This document shows, one piece after another, positions 44,206 to 53,800 of a stretch of DNA of 64,000 nucleotides. The position numbers and the translations under genes were made by a program. Source of the stretch: Phycisphaerales bacterium (lineage in GTDB: Bacteria > Planctomycetota > Phycisphaerae > Tepidisphaerales > Tepidisphaeraceae); NCBI GenBank assembly GCA_025361735.1, contig JANYKD010000125.1, forward strand, positions 136 to 64,135, written 5' to 3'. The notes beneath the pieces are model-generated. The model was given only the letters and a program-made list of their open reading frames with translations. It searched no databases and was not told the DNA's origin. Positions within the stretch are counted from its first letter, which is position 1, and every line of letters begins with the position of its first letter.

Positions 44206-45240
44206 ATGGCCGTTGACTACTCGCGCATCCACCGCCTGCTGAAAATCCTCATGTATATTCAGGGCGAAAACGGCTGGACCGCCAAACGGCTCGCGGTGGA
44301 GTGCGGCACCACCGAGCGCAACATCTATCGGGACATGAAAATGCTCGAAGGCGCGGGCGTGCCGTACGCGTTTGACAAGGAAACCAACGGCTACATCGTC
44401 CGCCGCGATTTCTTCATGCCCGCCGTGGAGATGACGCTGGAAGAATCGCTGGCCCTGCTGGCTTTGGCCGAGCGGATCGGCGGCGAGGAACAGGTGCCCT
44501 TCACCAAGCCCGCTGCCACGGCCCTGAGCAAGATCCGCTGCAATCTGTCCCCGGCGATTCAGCAGGAACTCAAGCAGGTGGAAGACCATGTCGCCATCCG
44601 TCTGGCGGCGATCAACCCGCCCGAGGGCACCGAGGACGTATACGAGACTGTGCGGGCGGCCTTGGCCCGGCGGCAGGTTCTGAGCTGCAAGTACGATTCA
44701 GTTGGTGGCAATCACCATTCGGGCGAGGAGTTCAGTTTCAAGCCCTACACGCTGCTCTTCAGCCAGCGGGCCTGGTACACCGTCGGCCATCACGATGGGC
44801 GCCGCGCCGTCCGCTGCCTGAAGCTCAACCGGTTCAATCAGTGCCAGCTGACGGAACAAACCTACGAGATTCCCAAGGGCTTCACCCTGGCCAAGCACTT
44901 GGGCAATGCCTGGCGGATGATCCGGGGAACAAAGAGCTATGACGTGGAACTGCGGTTTGATCCGCAGTTCGCCGAGACCGTGGCCGACACGCACTGGCAT
45001 CCAACCCAGGAACTGTTCTACCAGGAGGACGGGTCGCTGATCTTTCGCTGCATGGTGGACGGGCTGGATGAGATCGTCTGGTGGATCTTGGGCATGGGGC
45101 CGCATTGTGTGGTGAATCAACCGTCCGAATTGGCCGAGCGGGTTCGCGATCTGGCGGCCGGCATCGTCAGTCAGTACCAGAAGCCGCCCAAGGCGGCCGG
45201 CAAGCAGGCTGCGAAAACCAAGAAACCCGCGCGTCGATGA
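44206..45240 (+). CDS. WYL-domain transcriptional regulator (HTH + WYL + C-terminal WCX-like domain)
   Basis: N-terminal HTH: 'IHRLLKILMYIQGENGWTAKRLAVECGTTERNIYRDMKMLEGAGVP'. WYL core: 'FSFKPYTLLFSQRAWYTVGH'. Confidence 0.8.
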   Translation: MAVDYSRIHRLLKILMYIQGENGWTAKRLAVECGTTERNIYRDMKMLEGAGVPYAFDKETNGYIVRRDFFMPAVEMTLEESLALLALAERIGGEEQVPFTKPAATALSKIRCNLSPAIQQELKQVEDHVAIRLAAINPPEGTEDVYETVRAALARRQVLSCKYDSVGGNHHSGEEFSFKPYTLLFSQRAWYTVGHHDGRRAVRCLKLNRFNQCQLTEQTYEIPKGFTLAKHLGNAWRMIRGTKSYDVELRFDPQFAETVADTHWHPTQELFYQEDGSLIFRCMVDGLDEIVWWILGMGPHCVVNQPSELAERVRDLAAGIVSQYQKPPKAAGKQAAKTKKPARR

Positions 45241-45560
45241 CGCGACTGAGCAGCTGATGGGAATGAGGCATGGAGGCTCGCGATGGATAAGGACGTGAAA
45301 TCAGAAACCGGACAACTTACACGAGCCCGCGCACGCCGATGGGCACTGCTCTGTGCTTTGCGCATCCTGCGACGGTCGGTACTCAACCGGCGGCCGATCA
45401 GCCTGCCGAACCTGTTGAGGTTCTACCGACGGCGAGCCGGAGACATGGAGAGCCTTCAACAAGCCGGCCCACTGGATACGCAATGGCTCGTTTATATATA
45501 TATGACAGAACAACCGTTCCACGGCACGCATTGGCGTCAGTGGTGCGGTGCCGTGGCCAG
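44986..45560 (+). repeat. Direct repeat A (3' end of the WYL gene plus most of the small ORF)
   Basis: Hand alignment with 53221-53800. Long identical runs include 'ctggatgagatcgtctggtggatcttg', 'catggggccgcattg', 'gtgggcactgctctg', 'gcgcatcctgcgacggtcgg' and 'cggccgatcagcct'. Confidence 0.75.
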
Positions 45561-45588
45561 CAATGTGCCGCGGAATCGCATGCGATAG
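45283..45588 (+). CDS. Arg-rich small protein (101 aa), paralogue of 53519-53830
   Basis: In codons 11-51, the paralogues differ synonymously at 14 codons and non-synonymously at only 3 (my hand alignment). This indicates selection on this frame. Confidence 0.6.
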   Translation: MDKDVKSETGQLTRARARRWALLCALRILRRSVLNRRPISLPNLLRFYRRRAGDMESLQQAGPLDTQWLVYIYMTEQPFHGTHWRQWCGAVASNVPRNRMR

Positions 45589-45819
45589 CGGATCTTAGCC
45601 ATTGTTCGTGGGTTCGGGATTATGCAGGATCCCTAAATTACGACGGCATTGACCTTGTGCAGAATTGGCCCTGCTGCCTGACCGAGGGCGCTACGAACGA
45701 GTGAACGAGCGTGTTGCCTTCATGGTCCGACTTTGAGTACATTCGCCTGCGGCGCCTGTGACTGTCGGCGAAAGAGCCGCACGTTTGAGATGAATTGACA
45801 CCAGTCAGAGCTGAGTATC

Positions 45820-47136
45820 ATGGAATCGACCCTCCTTGACGAGTCCCTCCGAGTCATTGCTTCGCTCCACCACGATGGGGTTCGTCTTGATCTCGCATCT
45901 GTGGACTTGTGCTTTCTCGTTGCGTTGCATACCCGCGCCACCCAGAGCAGTTTGACGTGCTTTGAGGAAGACATTCTCCTGGACGTCTTCGAGCAGGTGA
46001 GCGATGCCGTCGATCCTGACGGAGAGAATCTTCGCAAGCGGGCGACGCATGCGATTCAACGTCTCCGTGAGCAACGTCTTTTGTCGCGTGTGGATGGCGC
46101 GGGAATCGTAAAAGCCGGTGATTACTCCATGACTCGGTTGGCCTCCGGCATCGTTGAATTCTTCATGGCGGACCAGGTCCTCACCCGCGAGAGCCTGTCC
46201 CTGCTGACCAAAGCACTTCTGGTGAGCCTGTCTCAGGTGAAGGTTGACGCGAAGAAGGCCCAGACACCTGAAGAATGGCGTCAGCATGTTGTGGGGCCGT
46301 TACGGGTCACGGTGGGCGACCTGGTTGCCGGCATCGAGCGCCGGCAGCGCGGCTTGGATGCCCAGCAGGAGCAAGTCCAAAAGCAGATCGCGGACCTGTT
46401 GGGGGCGGACTGGTTTGCCTCCGTTGATCAGTGCCAGCAACTCTTGGACGACACCACGGCGACCTTGTCTGAGCTTAATACGATTCTCCTTCACGACACC
46501 CATCAGATATTGACCTCGCTCAGTGACATCGAGCAAATTGCCATCCAGTCCAGCATGCCCGAAGCGGAAGAGGCCACGCAACGGGTTTCCGAGCAGGTGG
46601 ACCGGGTCGCAGCATGGGGTCGCTCGCGGCAACTGGCTTGGTCGAATTACTATCAGTATGTCCATCGCTTTCTGCGCGATGTGGTCCGACTGGATCCGTC
46701 ACGAGCCTTGAGCGAGCGCCTTCGCAACCAACTCGCCGATTGGGCAAAGCAGCCGTTTTACTGGGTCATTGCCCATGCCTCCAGGATTCGCGTGTTACGA
46801 GATTCTGTGACACGAGAGCAGAGGCCACCAGTTGTTCGCCCTCCTCAGGACCGTGAGTTACCCCTCACAAATGTCCCCTCCGACACTGAGTCTGCCGCCT
46901 TGGTGGGCCTTGTGCGGGCGGCGTTGGCTTCCGGCAAGTCGACTTTGTCGGAGGTACTCAGCGTCGTGCTACCTCAAGTTGATTCTACGAAGCATTTCTC
47001 GGTGGTGGGTCGGATCGCCGGCCAGGTGGCGGCCGACAGTACACCTCGGTCTGACCGGGAACGCCCATGGGTGACAGTGCTCGGAGAGATCGATGTTGAA
47101 GAATGGATGTTGCCCGGAGGACACACGCATGCATGA
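45820..47136 (+). CDS. jetA: Wadjet JetA (MksB/kleisin-like, DUF3375-type)
   Basis: First gene of a four-gene operon whose next three genes are recognisable JetB/C/D. Size and position fit JetA. I could not verify a diagnostic motif by eye. Confidence 0.6.
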   Translation: MESTLLDESLRVIASLHHDGVRLDLASVDLCFLVALHTRATQSSLTCFEEDILLDVFEQVSDAVDPDGENLRKRATHAIQRLREQRLLSRVDGAGIVKAGDYSMTRLASGIVEFFMADQVLTRESLSLLTKALLVSLSQVKVDAKKAQTPEEWRQHVVGPLRVTVGDLVAGIERRQRGLDAQQEQVQKQIADLLGADWFASVDQCQQLLDDTTATLSELNTILLHDTHQILTSLSDIEQIAIQSSMPEAEEATQRVSEQVDRVAAWGRSRQLAWSNYYQYVHRFLRDVVRLDPSRALSERLRNQLADWAKQPFYWVIAHASRIRVLRDSVTREQRPPVVRPPQDRELPLTNVPSDTESAALVGLVRAALASGKSTLSEVLSVVLPQVDSTKHFSVVGRIAGQVAADSTPRSDRERPWVTVLGEIDVEEWMLPGGHTHA

Positions 47137-47794
47137 ATCCGCATTCCACCAACTTGAAGAGGTCATTCAGGATTCCTTGTTCCCAGAACTCGATCTTATC
47201 TTGCGGGCTGGCCGGCATGTCGATCATGATGACGGTGAACGTTACGCGTTTCTCATGGATGCCCAGAGCCTCTTGGAATCGTTCTACCGCCGTTATGGCT
47301 GTGAGTTGATTCACGCCAGCGATGGTTTCTTTTACCTCTTGCCGGTAGGCGAGCAAATGGGGCGCAGACATCTCACAGCAGGCGAGATGCTTGTGGGTCA
47401 GACGTTGGCGTTGCTGTATCTGGAGCCAACGACAGTGCAGGGCGGAGGCGTAACTCAGCAACCGGTTGTGGTGTCACGTCTGGCGGGTCTGGTGGGGGAG
47501 CGAGATCTGGTTCAGGCACTTAACCCACGACGGCGCAAGTATGACGAGCGTGTGGCTCATGAAACCGTTCGCAATGAGATCGCCAAAGCCTTGCGAGGTC
47601 TGGAATCCCTCGGCTTCATCGATCTCGGGGAGGCGGAACAAGTGCGATTGCGTCCGGCATTGCTACGTTTTGCCGAGGCGGTTCGCGGGTTGAGTGAACC
47701 GGTGGAGGCACTCTCTCGCCTGATTGCCGAAGGCAAGGCTGTGGCTGAGATCATCAGTGAAGAGGATGAAGAGACCGAGGAGATGGAAAGATGA
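47129..47794 (+). CDS. jetB: Wadjet JetB (MksE-like, DUF4194-type)
   Basis: The ATG at 47129 overlaps the jetA stop by 8 nt. The protein is acidic, ~220 aa, and sits between JetA and JetC. Its stop forms an ATGA overlap with the jetC start. Confidence 0.6.
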   Translation: MHESAFHQLEEVIQDSLFPELDLILRAGRHVDHDDGERYAFLMDAQSLLESFYRRYGCELIHASDGFFYLLPVGEQMGRRHLTAGEMLVGQTLALLYLEPTTVQGGGVTQQPVVVSRLAGLVGERDLVQALNPRRRKYDERVAHETVRNEIAKALRGLESLGFIDLGEAEQVRLRPALLRFAEAVRGLSEPVEALSRLIAEGKAVAEIISEEDEETEEMER

Positions 47795-50700
47795 TACGCA
47801 CCCGTGCCACAACCCTGGTCCTCGTTAACTGGCGGGGCATGTTCTACGAGCGGTATCAGTTGGATGAACATGTGACGGCCCTTGAGGGGTCCAATGGGGC
47901 CGGCAAGACAACCGTTCTGATCGGCTGCTATGTCGTTCTCCTGCCCGACATGACACGGCTACGGTTCACGAACGTGGGCGAGACCGGGAGCACTGGTGGG
48001 GACAAAGGGCTATGGGGTCGCTTGGGTGAGCAAGGAAGGCCGTCGTACGCCGTCCTGGAGTTAGGGCTACCGGGCGGCCAGCGTCTCGTGGCCGGCGTGC
48101 AGTTGCAGCGACGAAGCGAGCCTACCGTTGAACTCAACCCTTTCGTAATCACCGGCCTCAGCAAGACAACCAGACTTCAAGACGTTCTATTAGTCCGTGG
48201 GGAATCGGACGCCGTCCCGGAAATGAACGAACTCAGGGAATCTGCGGCACGATACGGCGCGCACCTGGAGGCATTCAATACTACCAAAGACTATTTCGCG
48301 CGTCTTTTTGACCTGGGAATCACACCGCTACGACTTGCCAGCGATGAAGATCGGACCAAGTTCAACGAAATGTTGCGGACCAGCATGACCGGCGGCATTT
48401 CCCGTGCCCTCACCACGGAGTTGCGGGACTTTTTGCTCAAAGAGGAGACCGGGTTGGCCGACACGCTCAAGCGAATGCGTGCAAACCTGGAGGCGTGCCG
48501 CAGAACCCGCAATGAAGTGAAAGGATCGCAACAACTGGAGCAGGAAATCTCCGGTATTTACGAGGCCGGCCAGGAGATGTTTGCGGCTGAGATCCACGCG
48601 ATTCGGGAGCGAGCGGAGGAGTTCAGAAACAAACTGGAGGAGGCGGAGCACCTCCTGCGACAAGTTGAGGAGGATCAAACCAAGCTGACTTGCGAGATCG
48701 CCGAGGGCAAGGCCGCTCAGATGAAACTGCAGGCGAATCTGTTGGAGGCCAAGCAGCGAGTCGAGGTAGCACGCAATGCCGTAGATCGCCTCCGCCAGGC
48801 CGCGGAACTCCTGACTCTGATGCGGGATCACACCGCGCAGCGTAACGCAGCGAAGACAACCCAGGAAGAGCGGCAGGCCAAACGCGAAAGATCCGACGAG
48901 GAGCGGACCCGCGCCGGCCGGGTTCGTGATGCCGCGCAGCAGACTTGGACGAAAGCGGCACAGGGCCTGAGAAACACTCAAGATGGTTTGGAAGAACTGT
49001 CGCGGCGGGCAGGGGAACACCGTATGGTGGTGCGAAACCTCGCAGAGGTCAGGCGGCTGTTGCCCGAGCAGGCAATTGAGCCGGATTCCATGACAGATGT
49101 GCTGGATGCGGCAGAGGTAAATTACCACGCATTCCAGGCAGAGTGCCTGGCGAGCGATCGGAGGCTCTCCAACACCCACGCGCACCGAAGCGAGTTCAGC
49201 CAGATCAATGTGGCCCTGAACAGAATCACCAACGAAGTTGTCGAGCCAGGCGCGGCCTTCGACCGCGCCCGTGAGATACTGCGGAAACTTCGTGATTTGG
49301 ATGCATGTGCCAGGCAGCAGACGGCATTTCCAGCGGAAATCCAGCAGGTGCGCCAGATCCTGCAACGACAGCAAGAGGCCCAGAATCTTGCACGGACACT
49401 TGCCACGTCCGACTCACCCATCGTTTCAGCCATCGATGTACACAAGGCCTGGACTCAGGTGGCCAACACCCTTAATTCAGCCCAGGAACAGCATAAACAC
49501 ATCGAGCAACTGCAGGCCGCAACCCAGCACGCGCTGGATCAGATCCATGAACAGATCCGAATCCTCGGGAACAAGCTGGCGGCTTGGCGGCAGGCAAATG
49601 ACCGCGCGATGCCCTTGGAGCAGCGATGGGGACTTACGCTACGATCGCGGAACGCGATCATCACCTTTCGGGCTGAGATCAATGGCAAACTGAGTGAGCT
49701 GCGAGCCGAACACGCTACGGCCAAGGCCAGCGAAGACGGCCTTCATGCACAGATCTTCCAGTTGGAGCATTCCGGAGGAACTTTTTCGCCGGAGCTTCTC
49801 AAGGCACGGGATACGGTCGAGGGTGAGTTGCTGGCCGGACGATTCGAGGATCTGAATGTAAGCGACGCCGCTCTATATGAGGCGCTTCTTGGACCGTTGG
49901 CTCAGGCGATAGCCGTGGAAGACCCCAAAGCGGCCGCCGCGGTGTTGGCCCGGTCGGATAGCCGGCCCGATTCGGTCTGGCTCGTTGGCGGAGATGCCTC
50001 ATTACCCCTCGATGAACTGGGACGGCCTCCCGGCGACTTGGTCGGACGCGACGTTCTGGTGGCTGGATCGGCTGGATGGCGGCTGACACGCCTGCCAAGC
50101 CAACCGACTTTGGGTCGTCGTGCTCGCGAGCGAAGGATCAACGAGCTTCGTCGGCAACAGACAGACGTGACACGCCAGATCGAGTTACTGAACGTATCTC
50201 TCCGGGAAACTCAGGTCGTGCTTGCAACTGCCGATAATCTGCTCGCCGACGCAGAATTGCTCCAGGGCGGCGATCCGTCAGGCGATCTACAATTGGCCCA
50301 GGATCGTCTGTTGCAGACCGAAACTGCCGAGGCGCGTTACCGAGTGGACATTGTCGCGGCACAGACCCAGATCAACGCACTGATTCCCCGTCAGAATGCT
50401 CTACGCGACCTAATTCAATTCGCATGGCTCCTCGACGAGCCGGATCAAACCGTCAAGTTGGAAACGCTACTGCACTCGCTCGCGGAAGCCAAAGCCGCAG
50501 CAACAGAAATCCAACGTGTGTCTCAAGAGCGAGAACTGGTGGACCAACACTTGGACGTACTGCGGACGCTGCCGCTTTCCGATACCCAGATTGATGCGAT
50601 GCGTAAGCATCACCAGACATTGGAGGAACGCTTGGATTCTCTGCGGCTTGCCATCCAGGCAGCCCAGTATGTTCAAGATCACCGTGCCGCCTTGGACTGG

Positions 50701-52227
50701 TCCGACGCGCAGGCCGCCTTGGACAAGCAGACGGCCCTGGTGCCAGCGCTGGAAGTTCAACTCAACCAAGCCGCGGCCGCCATACAAACGGCCACGGAGG
50801 CGATGAAGGTTGCCGAATTGTCGTGGGATACTGCGGTAAGGGCATCCAACGATGCGGACGCCGAGTATATTCTAAAGGAGAAAACTCTCGCCCAAACCCA
50901 GCGACAATGGAACCAACTGGGTATCGACGACGCCAGCGAGGAAGCAATACAAGCAGCCAAGGCCCAATTGGAGGCTGCGGCATTTCAGGAAACGAGCGTT
51001 GCGGAAAAGGAACGCCAGAAGGGCGAAGAACTCGCAAGGCTCAGTGAACGAACGCAGCAGATTGAAAACAACCTTCAGAAGATGACCTCCGCTCGGGACG
51101 AGGCGAATGGCCTCTGGAAGCCAGCCCAGGAGCGGTGGGATCAACTCCAGAGATCGGCTCAAGAGCATGGCGTGCTGACCAGTGCGCTCACACCACATTT
51201 CGCGGCAACTATGGCTGGCAAAGGTAGCCTGAACCTGCAAACCAAGGCGAGCGAATCAGCTGCGGTTCTCACGGAACGGCTCCAGAATGCCCAGGACAGC
51301 CAAGGGGTGGTGGAATCCGTCAAGCAATTGCTCGGGCCGCAGGACCGTTCCGGTGAAATGTACCTGACGGCTTGGCTACAGGTCCGCGACTGGCTCCGCC
51401 GGCGTATTCCGGCGCAGATAGCAGAAGTTGACGAACCGTTGGAGGCACTCGGCCGTCTCCGCGACAACCTCAAGGGCTTGGAGACGCGATTGGCCAAACA
51501 GGAGGCCGCTCTTCGTGGCGAGTCTGCAGACGTCGGTAAGAACATCGAGATTCACATTCATCGCGCCCAGCGCCAAGTCAGCCGGCTCAGCGATGACCTC
51601 AAGCTTGTTCGCTTCGGCAGCATCCACGGTATTCGGTTACGGCTGGAGCGAGTGCCACACATGGACAACGTACTCCAGGCACTGCGCGATGGTGAAGCCC
51701 AAAGTGTCTTGTTCAAGGCGGACATTACGATCGAAGAGGCACTCGACGAACTTTTCCGCCGTTATGCCGGCCGCACAACCGGTCAGCGTCTGCTCGATTA
51801 CCGAGAATATGTGGCCCCAAAAGTCCAAGTGCTCCGCCAGGCCGCAGTCGAGTGGGAAGAGGCTAATCCCATGCGGATGTCCACGGGCGAAGCCATCGGT
51901 GTGGGTGCTGCTCTGATGATGGTTGTGCTGACTGCTTGGGAGCGAGACGCAAACCTCCTGCGTCCACGGCGTTCACAGGGAACCTTGCGGCTCCTGTTCT
52001 TGGATGAAGCAAATCGGCTCTCGCACGACAACCTGGGGGTTTTGTTTGATTTGTGCCAGAACCTCGACTTGCAGCTCATGATCGCCGCGCCCGAAGTTGC
52101 CAAGGCTGAAGGCAACACGACCTACCGGCTGGTACGGCGCGTCAATGAATCCGGACATGAAGAGGTGATCGTGACTGGTCGCCGAGTCACCGTAAAGGAG
52201 CACAACGCCGATGTGGGGTCGTCTTGA
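47791..52227 (+). CDS. jetC: Wadjet JetC (MukB/MksF-like SMC ATPase), 1478 aa
   Basis: MukB-like N-terminus 'LVLVNWRGMFYERYQLDEHVTALEGSNGAGKTT'. A very long coiled-coil-like Q/E/A/L-rich middle. Signature-like 'MSTGEAIG' and Walker B 'LLFLDEANRLS'. Confidence 0.8.
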   Translation: MIRTRATTLVLVNWRGMFYERYQLDEHVTALEGSNGAGKTTVLIGCYVVLLPDMTRLRFTNVGETGSTGGDKGLWGRLGEQGRPSYAVLELGLPGGQRLVAGVQLQRRSEPTVELNPFVITGLSKTTRLQDVLLVRGESDAVPEMNELRESAARYGAHLEAFNTTKDYFARLFDLGITPLRLASDEDRTKFNEMLRTSMTGGISRALTTELRDFLLKEETGLADTLKRMRANLEACRRTRNEVKGSQQLEQEISGIYEAGQEMFAAEIHAIRERAEEFRNKLEEAEHLLRQVEEDQTKLTCEIAEGKAAQMKLQANLLEAKQRVEVARNAVDRLRQAAELLTLMRDHTAQRNAAKTTQEERQAKRERSDEERTRAGRVRDAAQQTWTKAAQGLRNTQDGLEELSRRAGEHRMVVRNLAEVRRLLPEQAIEPDSMTDVLDAAEVNYHAFQAECLASDRRLSNTHAHRSEFSQINVALNRITNEVVEPGAAFDRAREILRKLRDLDACARQQTAFPAEIQQVRQILQRQQEAQNLARTLATSDSPIVSAIDVHKAWTQVANTLNSAQEQHKHIEQLQAATQHALDQIHEQIRILGNKLAAWRQANDRAMPLEQRWGLTLRSRNAIITFRAEINGKLSELRAEHATAKASEDGLHAQIFQLEHSGGTFSPELLKARDTVEGELLAGRFEDLNVSDAALYEALLGPLAQAIAVEDPKAAAAVLARSDSRPDSVWLVGGDASLPLDELGRPPGDLVGRDVLVAGSAGWRLTRLPSQPTLGRRARERRINELRRQQTDVTRQIELLNVSLRETQVVLATADNLLADAELLQGGDPSGDLQLAQDRLLQTETAEARYRVDIVAAQTQINALIPRQNALRDLIQFAWLLDEPDQTVKLETLLHSLAEAKAAATEIQRVSQERELVDQHLDVLRTLPLSDTQIDAMRKHHQTLEERLDSLRLAIQAAQYVQDHRAALDWSDAQAALDKQTALVPALEVQLNQAAAAIQTATEAMKVAELSWDTAVRASNDADAEYILKEKTLAQTQRQWNQLGIDDASEEAIQAAKAQLEAAAFQETSVAEKERQKGEELARLSERTQQIENNLQKMTSARDEANGLWKPAQERWDQLQRSAQEHGVLTSALTPHFAATMAGKGSLNLQTKASESAAVLTERLQNAQDSQGVVESVKQLLGPQDRSGEMYLTAWLQVRDWLRRRIPAQIAEVDEPLEALGRLRDNLKGLETRLAKQEAALRGESADVGKNIEIHIHRAQRQVSRLSDDLKLVRFGSIHGIRLRLERVPHMDNVLQALRDGEAQSVLFKADITIEEALDELFRRYAGRTTGQRLLDYREYVAPKVQVLRQAAVEWEEANPMRMSTGEAIGVGAALMMVVLTAWERDANLLRPRRSQGTLRLLFLDEANRLSHDNLGVLFDLCQNLDLQLMIAAPEVAKAEGNTTYRLVRRVNESGHEEVIVTGRRVTVKEHNADVGSS

Positions 52228-53188
52228 ACATCGTTTGGCCTTGTTGGAGTTGGTCGTAACCGGAAGCCTGCGCCGACGCAAGAGTCAGCATGAGGCATGG
52301 GACCATCTAGTGGAGTTGTCTTGGACAAAGCGAACTGGTCGCCGCGATGAGATTGCGATTGTGGAAGCGCACCGCCATGAACTGGAAGGGTTGCTGACTC
52401 AGGTATGGTGTGAATGGCCGCAACTGAAAACCGAACTGGTTGGAGCCGGTCTCCCGATCAGTGAGCAGGGCTGGCGACAATTGCAGGACATCGAGAGAGC
52501 GCGAGCGGCAAAGGGACTTCCCTCTTACCTCAACCGACGCACGGCCACCGCTGTGGTGGGACCGCATTCGAAAGCCGGCCTTTCGGCATCACGCCGAGAA
52601 GCACTGGCCGACTCAAACGTGATGCACGACGGCACTTTGCGCCTCAGGCCCTCTCTAGGATTGCGCATACGCCATGGCGAGCACGAGCTGGATGCCGAAA
52701 TAGTTGCGGGAGTCCTCGGTGAGGTTGTTCTGACGGAGCGAGCTCTGGTGGATGGCGCCGTAATATCTGGTCAACGTCCGCAAGCACTGCTGCTGGTTGA
52801 GAACCTCGGCGCCTACCTGGATACTCCGGCACCACCCAGCTGGCTGGTGGCGCATGTGCCGGGTTGGGATACATGTACGGTGCGGCTCCTGCTGAGCCAG
52901 TTTCAGGACGTGCCGGTCGCCCATTTTGGCGATCTGGATCCGAATGGCGTTCGGATCATGCGCCATCTGCGTGACTTTCGGCCGGATCTGCGTTGGGTCG
53001 TTCCGGAGTTCTGGAGCGAGTACGTCCAGAGATCCGCATTAGAGGCTAGTTGGCCCTGCAGTCTTGATCTTGTGGGCACTCCATCTTTGGTCCAGGAACT
53101 TGCAGCTAAGAGCCTCTGGCTGGAGCAGGAGGTGATCGTCTTGGATCCGAGGCTGCCCCAGGAGTTGCTCGCCTGTGCCGGACTTTGA
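52211..53188 (+). CDS. jetD: Wadjet JetD (DUF2220, Toprim-like nuclease subunit)
   Basis: Toprim-like 'LLVENLGAY' and 'HFGDLDPNGVRIM'. It overlaps the jetC end by 17 nt. Confidence 0.75.
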   Translation: MWGRLEHRLALLELVVTGSLRRRKSQHEAWDHLVELSWTKRTGRRDEIAIVEAHRHELEGLLTQVWCEWPQLKTELVGAGLPISEQGWRQLQDIERARAAKGLPSYLNRRTATAVVGPHSKAGLSASRREALADSNVMHDGTLRLRPSLGLRIRHGEHELDAEIVAGVLGEVVLTERALVDGAVISGQRPQALLLVENLGAYLDTPAPPSWLVAHVPGWDTCTVRLLLSQFQDVPVAHFGDLDPNGVRIMRHLRDFRPDLRWVVPEFWSEYVQRSALEASWPCSLDLVGTPSLVQELAAKSLWLEQEVIVLDPRLPQELLACAGL

Positions 53189-53220
53189 CTTGTTGATTCC
53201 TGTACGCCTGCGATCAGAAC

Positions 53221-53800
53221 GATCACCCACTGGCGCCCAACCCAGGATGTCATCTGGAACGAGGATGGCTCAATGATCTTCCGTTGCAAGGTGGACGGCC
53301 TGGATGAGATCGTCTGGTGGATCTTGAGCATGGGGCCGCATTGCGTGGTGAACAAGCCGCCCGAGTTGGCCGACCGGGTGGGTGAACTGGCGGCGGGAAT
53401 CGTCAGCCAGTACGAGAAGCCGCAGAAGGTGACCGGTAAGAAGACGGCGACGATCAAGAAATCCACGAGGCGATGACGCGACTCAACAGGTGGTAGGTTT
53501 GAGGCATGGAGGCCCGCTATGGAAAAGGACGTGAAATCGGGAGCGAGACAACTTACGCGAGCCCGCGCTCGCCGGTGGGCACTGCTCTGCACGCTGCGCA
53601 TCCTGCGACGGTCGGTGCTAAATGGGCGGCCGATCAGCCTACCGAACCTGATGCGTTTCTACCGGCGTCGCGGGTCGGAGATGATGCCGATGTTGATCGG
53701 CGGCCCGCCCGACGCGGCGTGGCTGATAGACTTCTACTTGGCCGAACAGCCGTTCCACGGCACCGATTGGCGACGGTGGTGCGCTGCGGTTCGGGCCACG
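53221..53800 (+). repeat. Direct repeat B (WYL gene fragment plus small-ORF paralogue)
   Basis: See repeat A. It begins about 33 nt after the jetD stop. Confidence 0.75.
53222..53476 (+). pseudogene. 5'-truncated remnant of a WYL-regulator paralogue (last ~80 codons only)
   Basis: It reads 'THWRPTQDVIWNEDGSMIFRCKVDGLDEIVWWILSMGPHCVVNKPPELADRVGELAAGIVSQYEKP...'. The intact gene reads 'THWHPTQELFYQEDGSLIFRCMVDGLDEIVWWILGMGPHCVVNQPSELAERVRDLAAGIVSQYQKP...'. No HTH or WYL part precedes it. Confidence 0.7.

Noticed and set aside
45493-45504. A (TA)n run 'tatatatatata' inside the small ORF
   Set aside because: It is only about 6 units long and lies within a coding frame (VYIYM). It is absent from the paralogous copy, and there is no evidence of phase-variable function.
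45797-45825. A sigma70-like promoter (TTGACA, 15 nt, TATCAT) just before jetA
   Set aside because: The putative -10 box overlaps the annotated jetA ATG and the spacing is short. The host's promoter consensus is unknown, so I cannot support it.
48328-49374. A 348-aa minus-strand ORF inside jetC
   Set aside because: It is antisense to the coiled-coil region of JetC. Repetitive Q/E/A/L codons on one strand generate open frames on the other.
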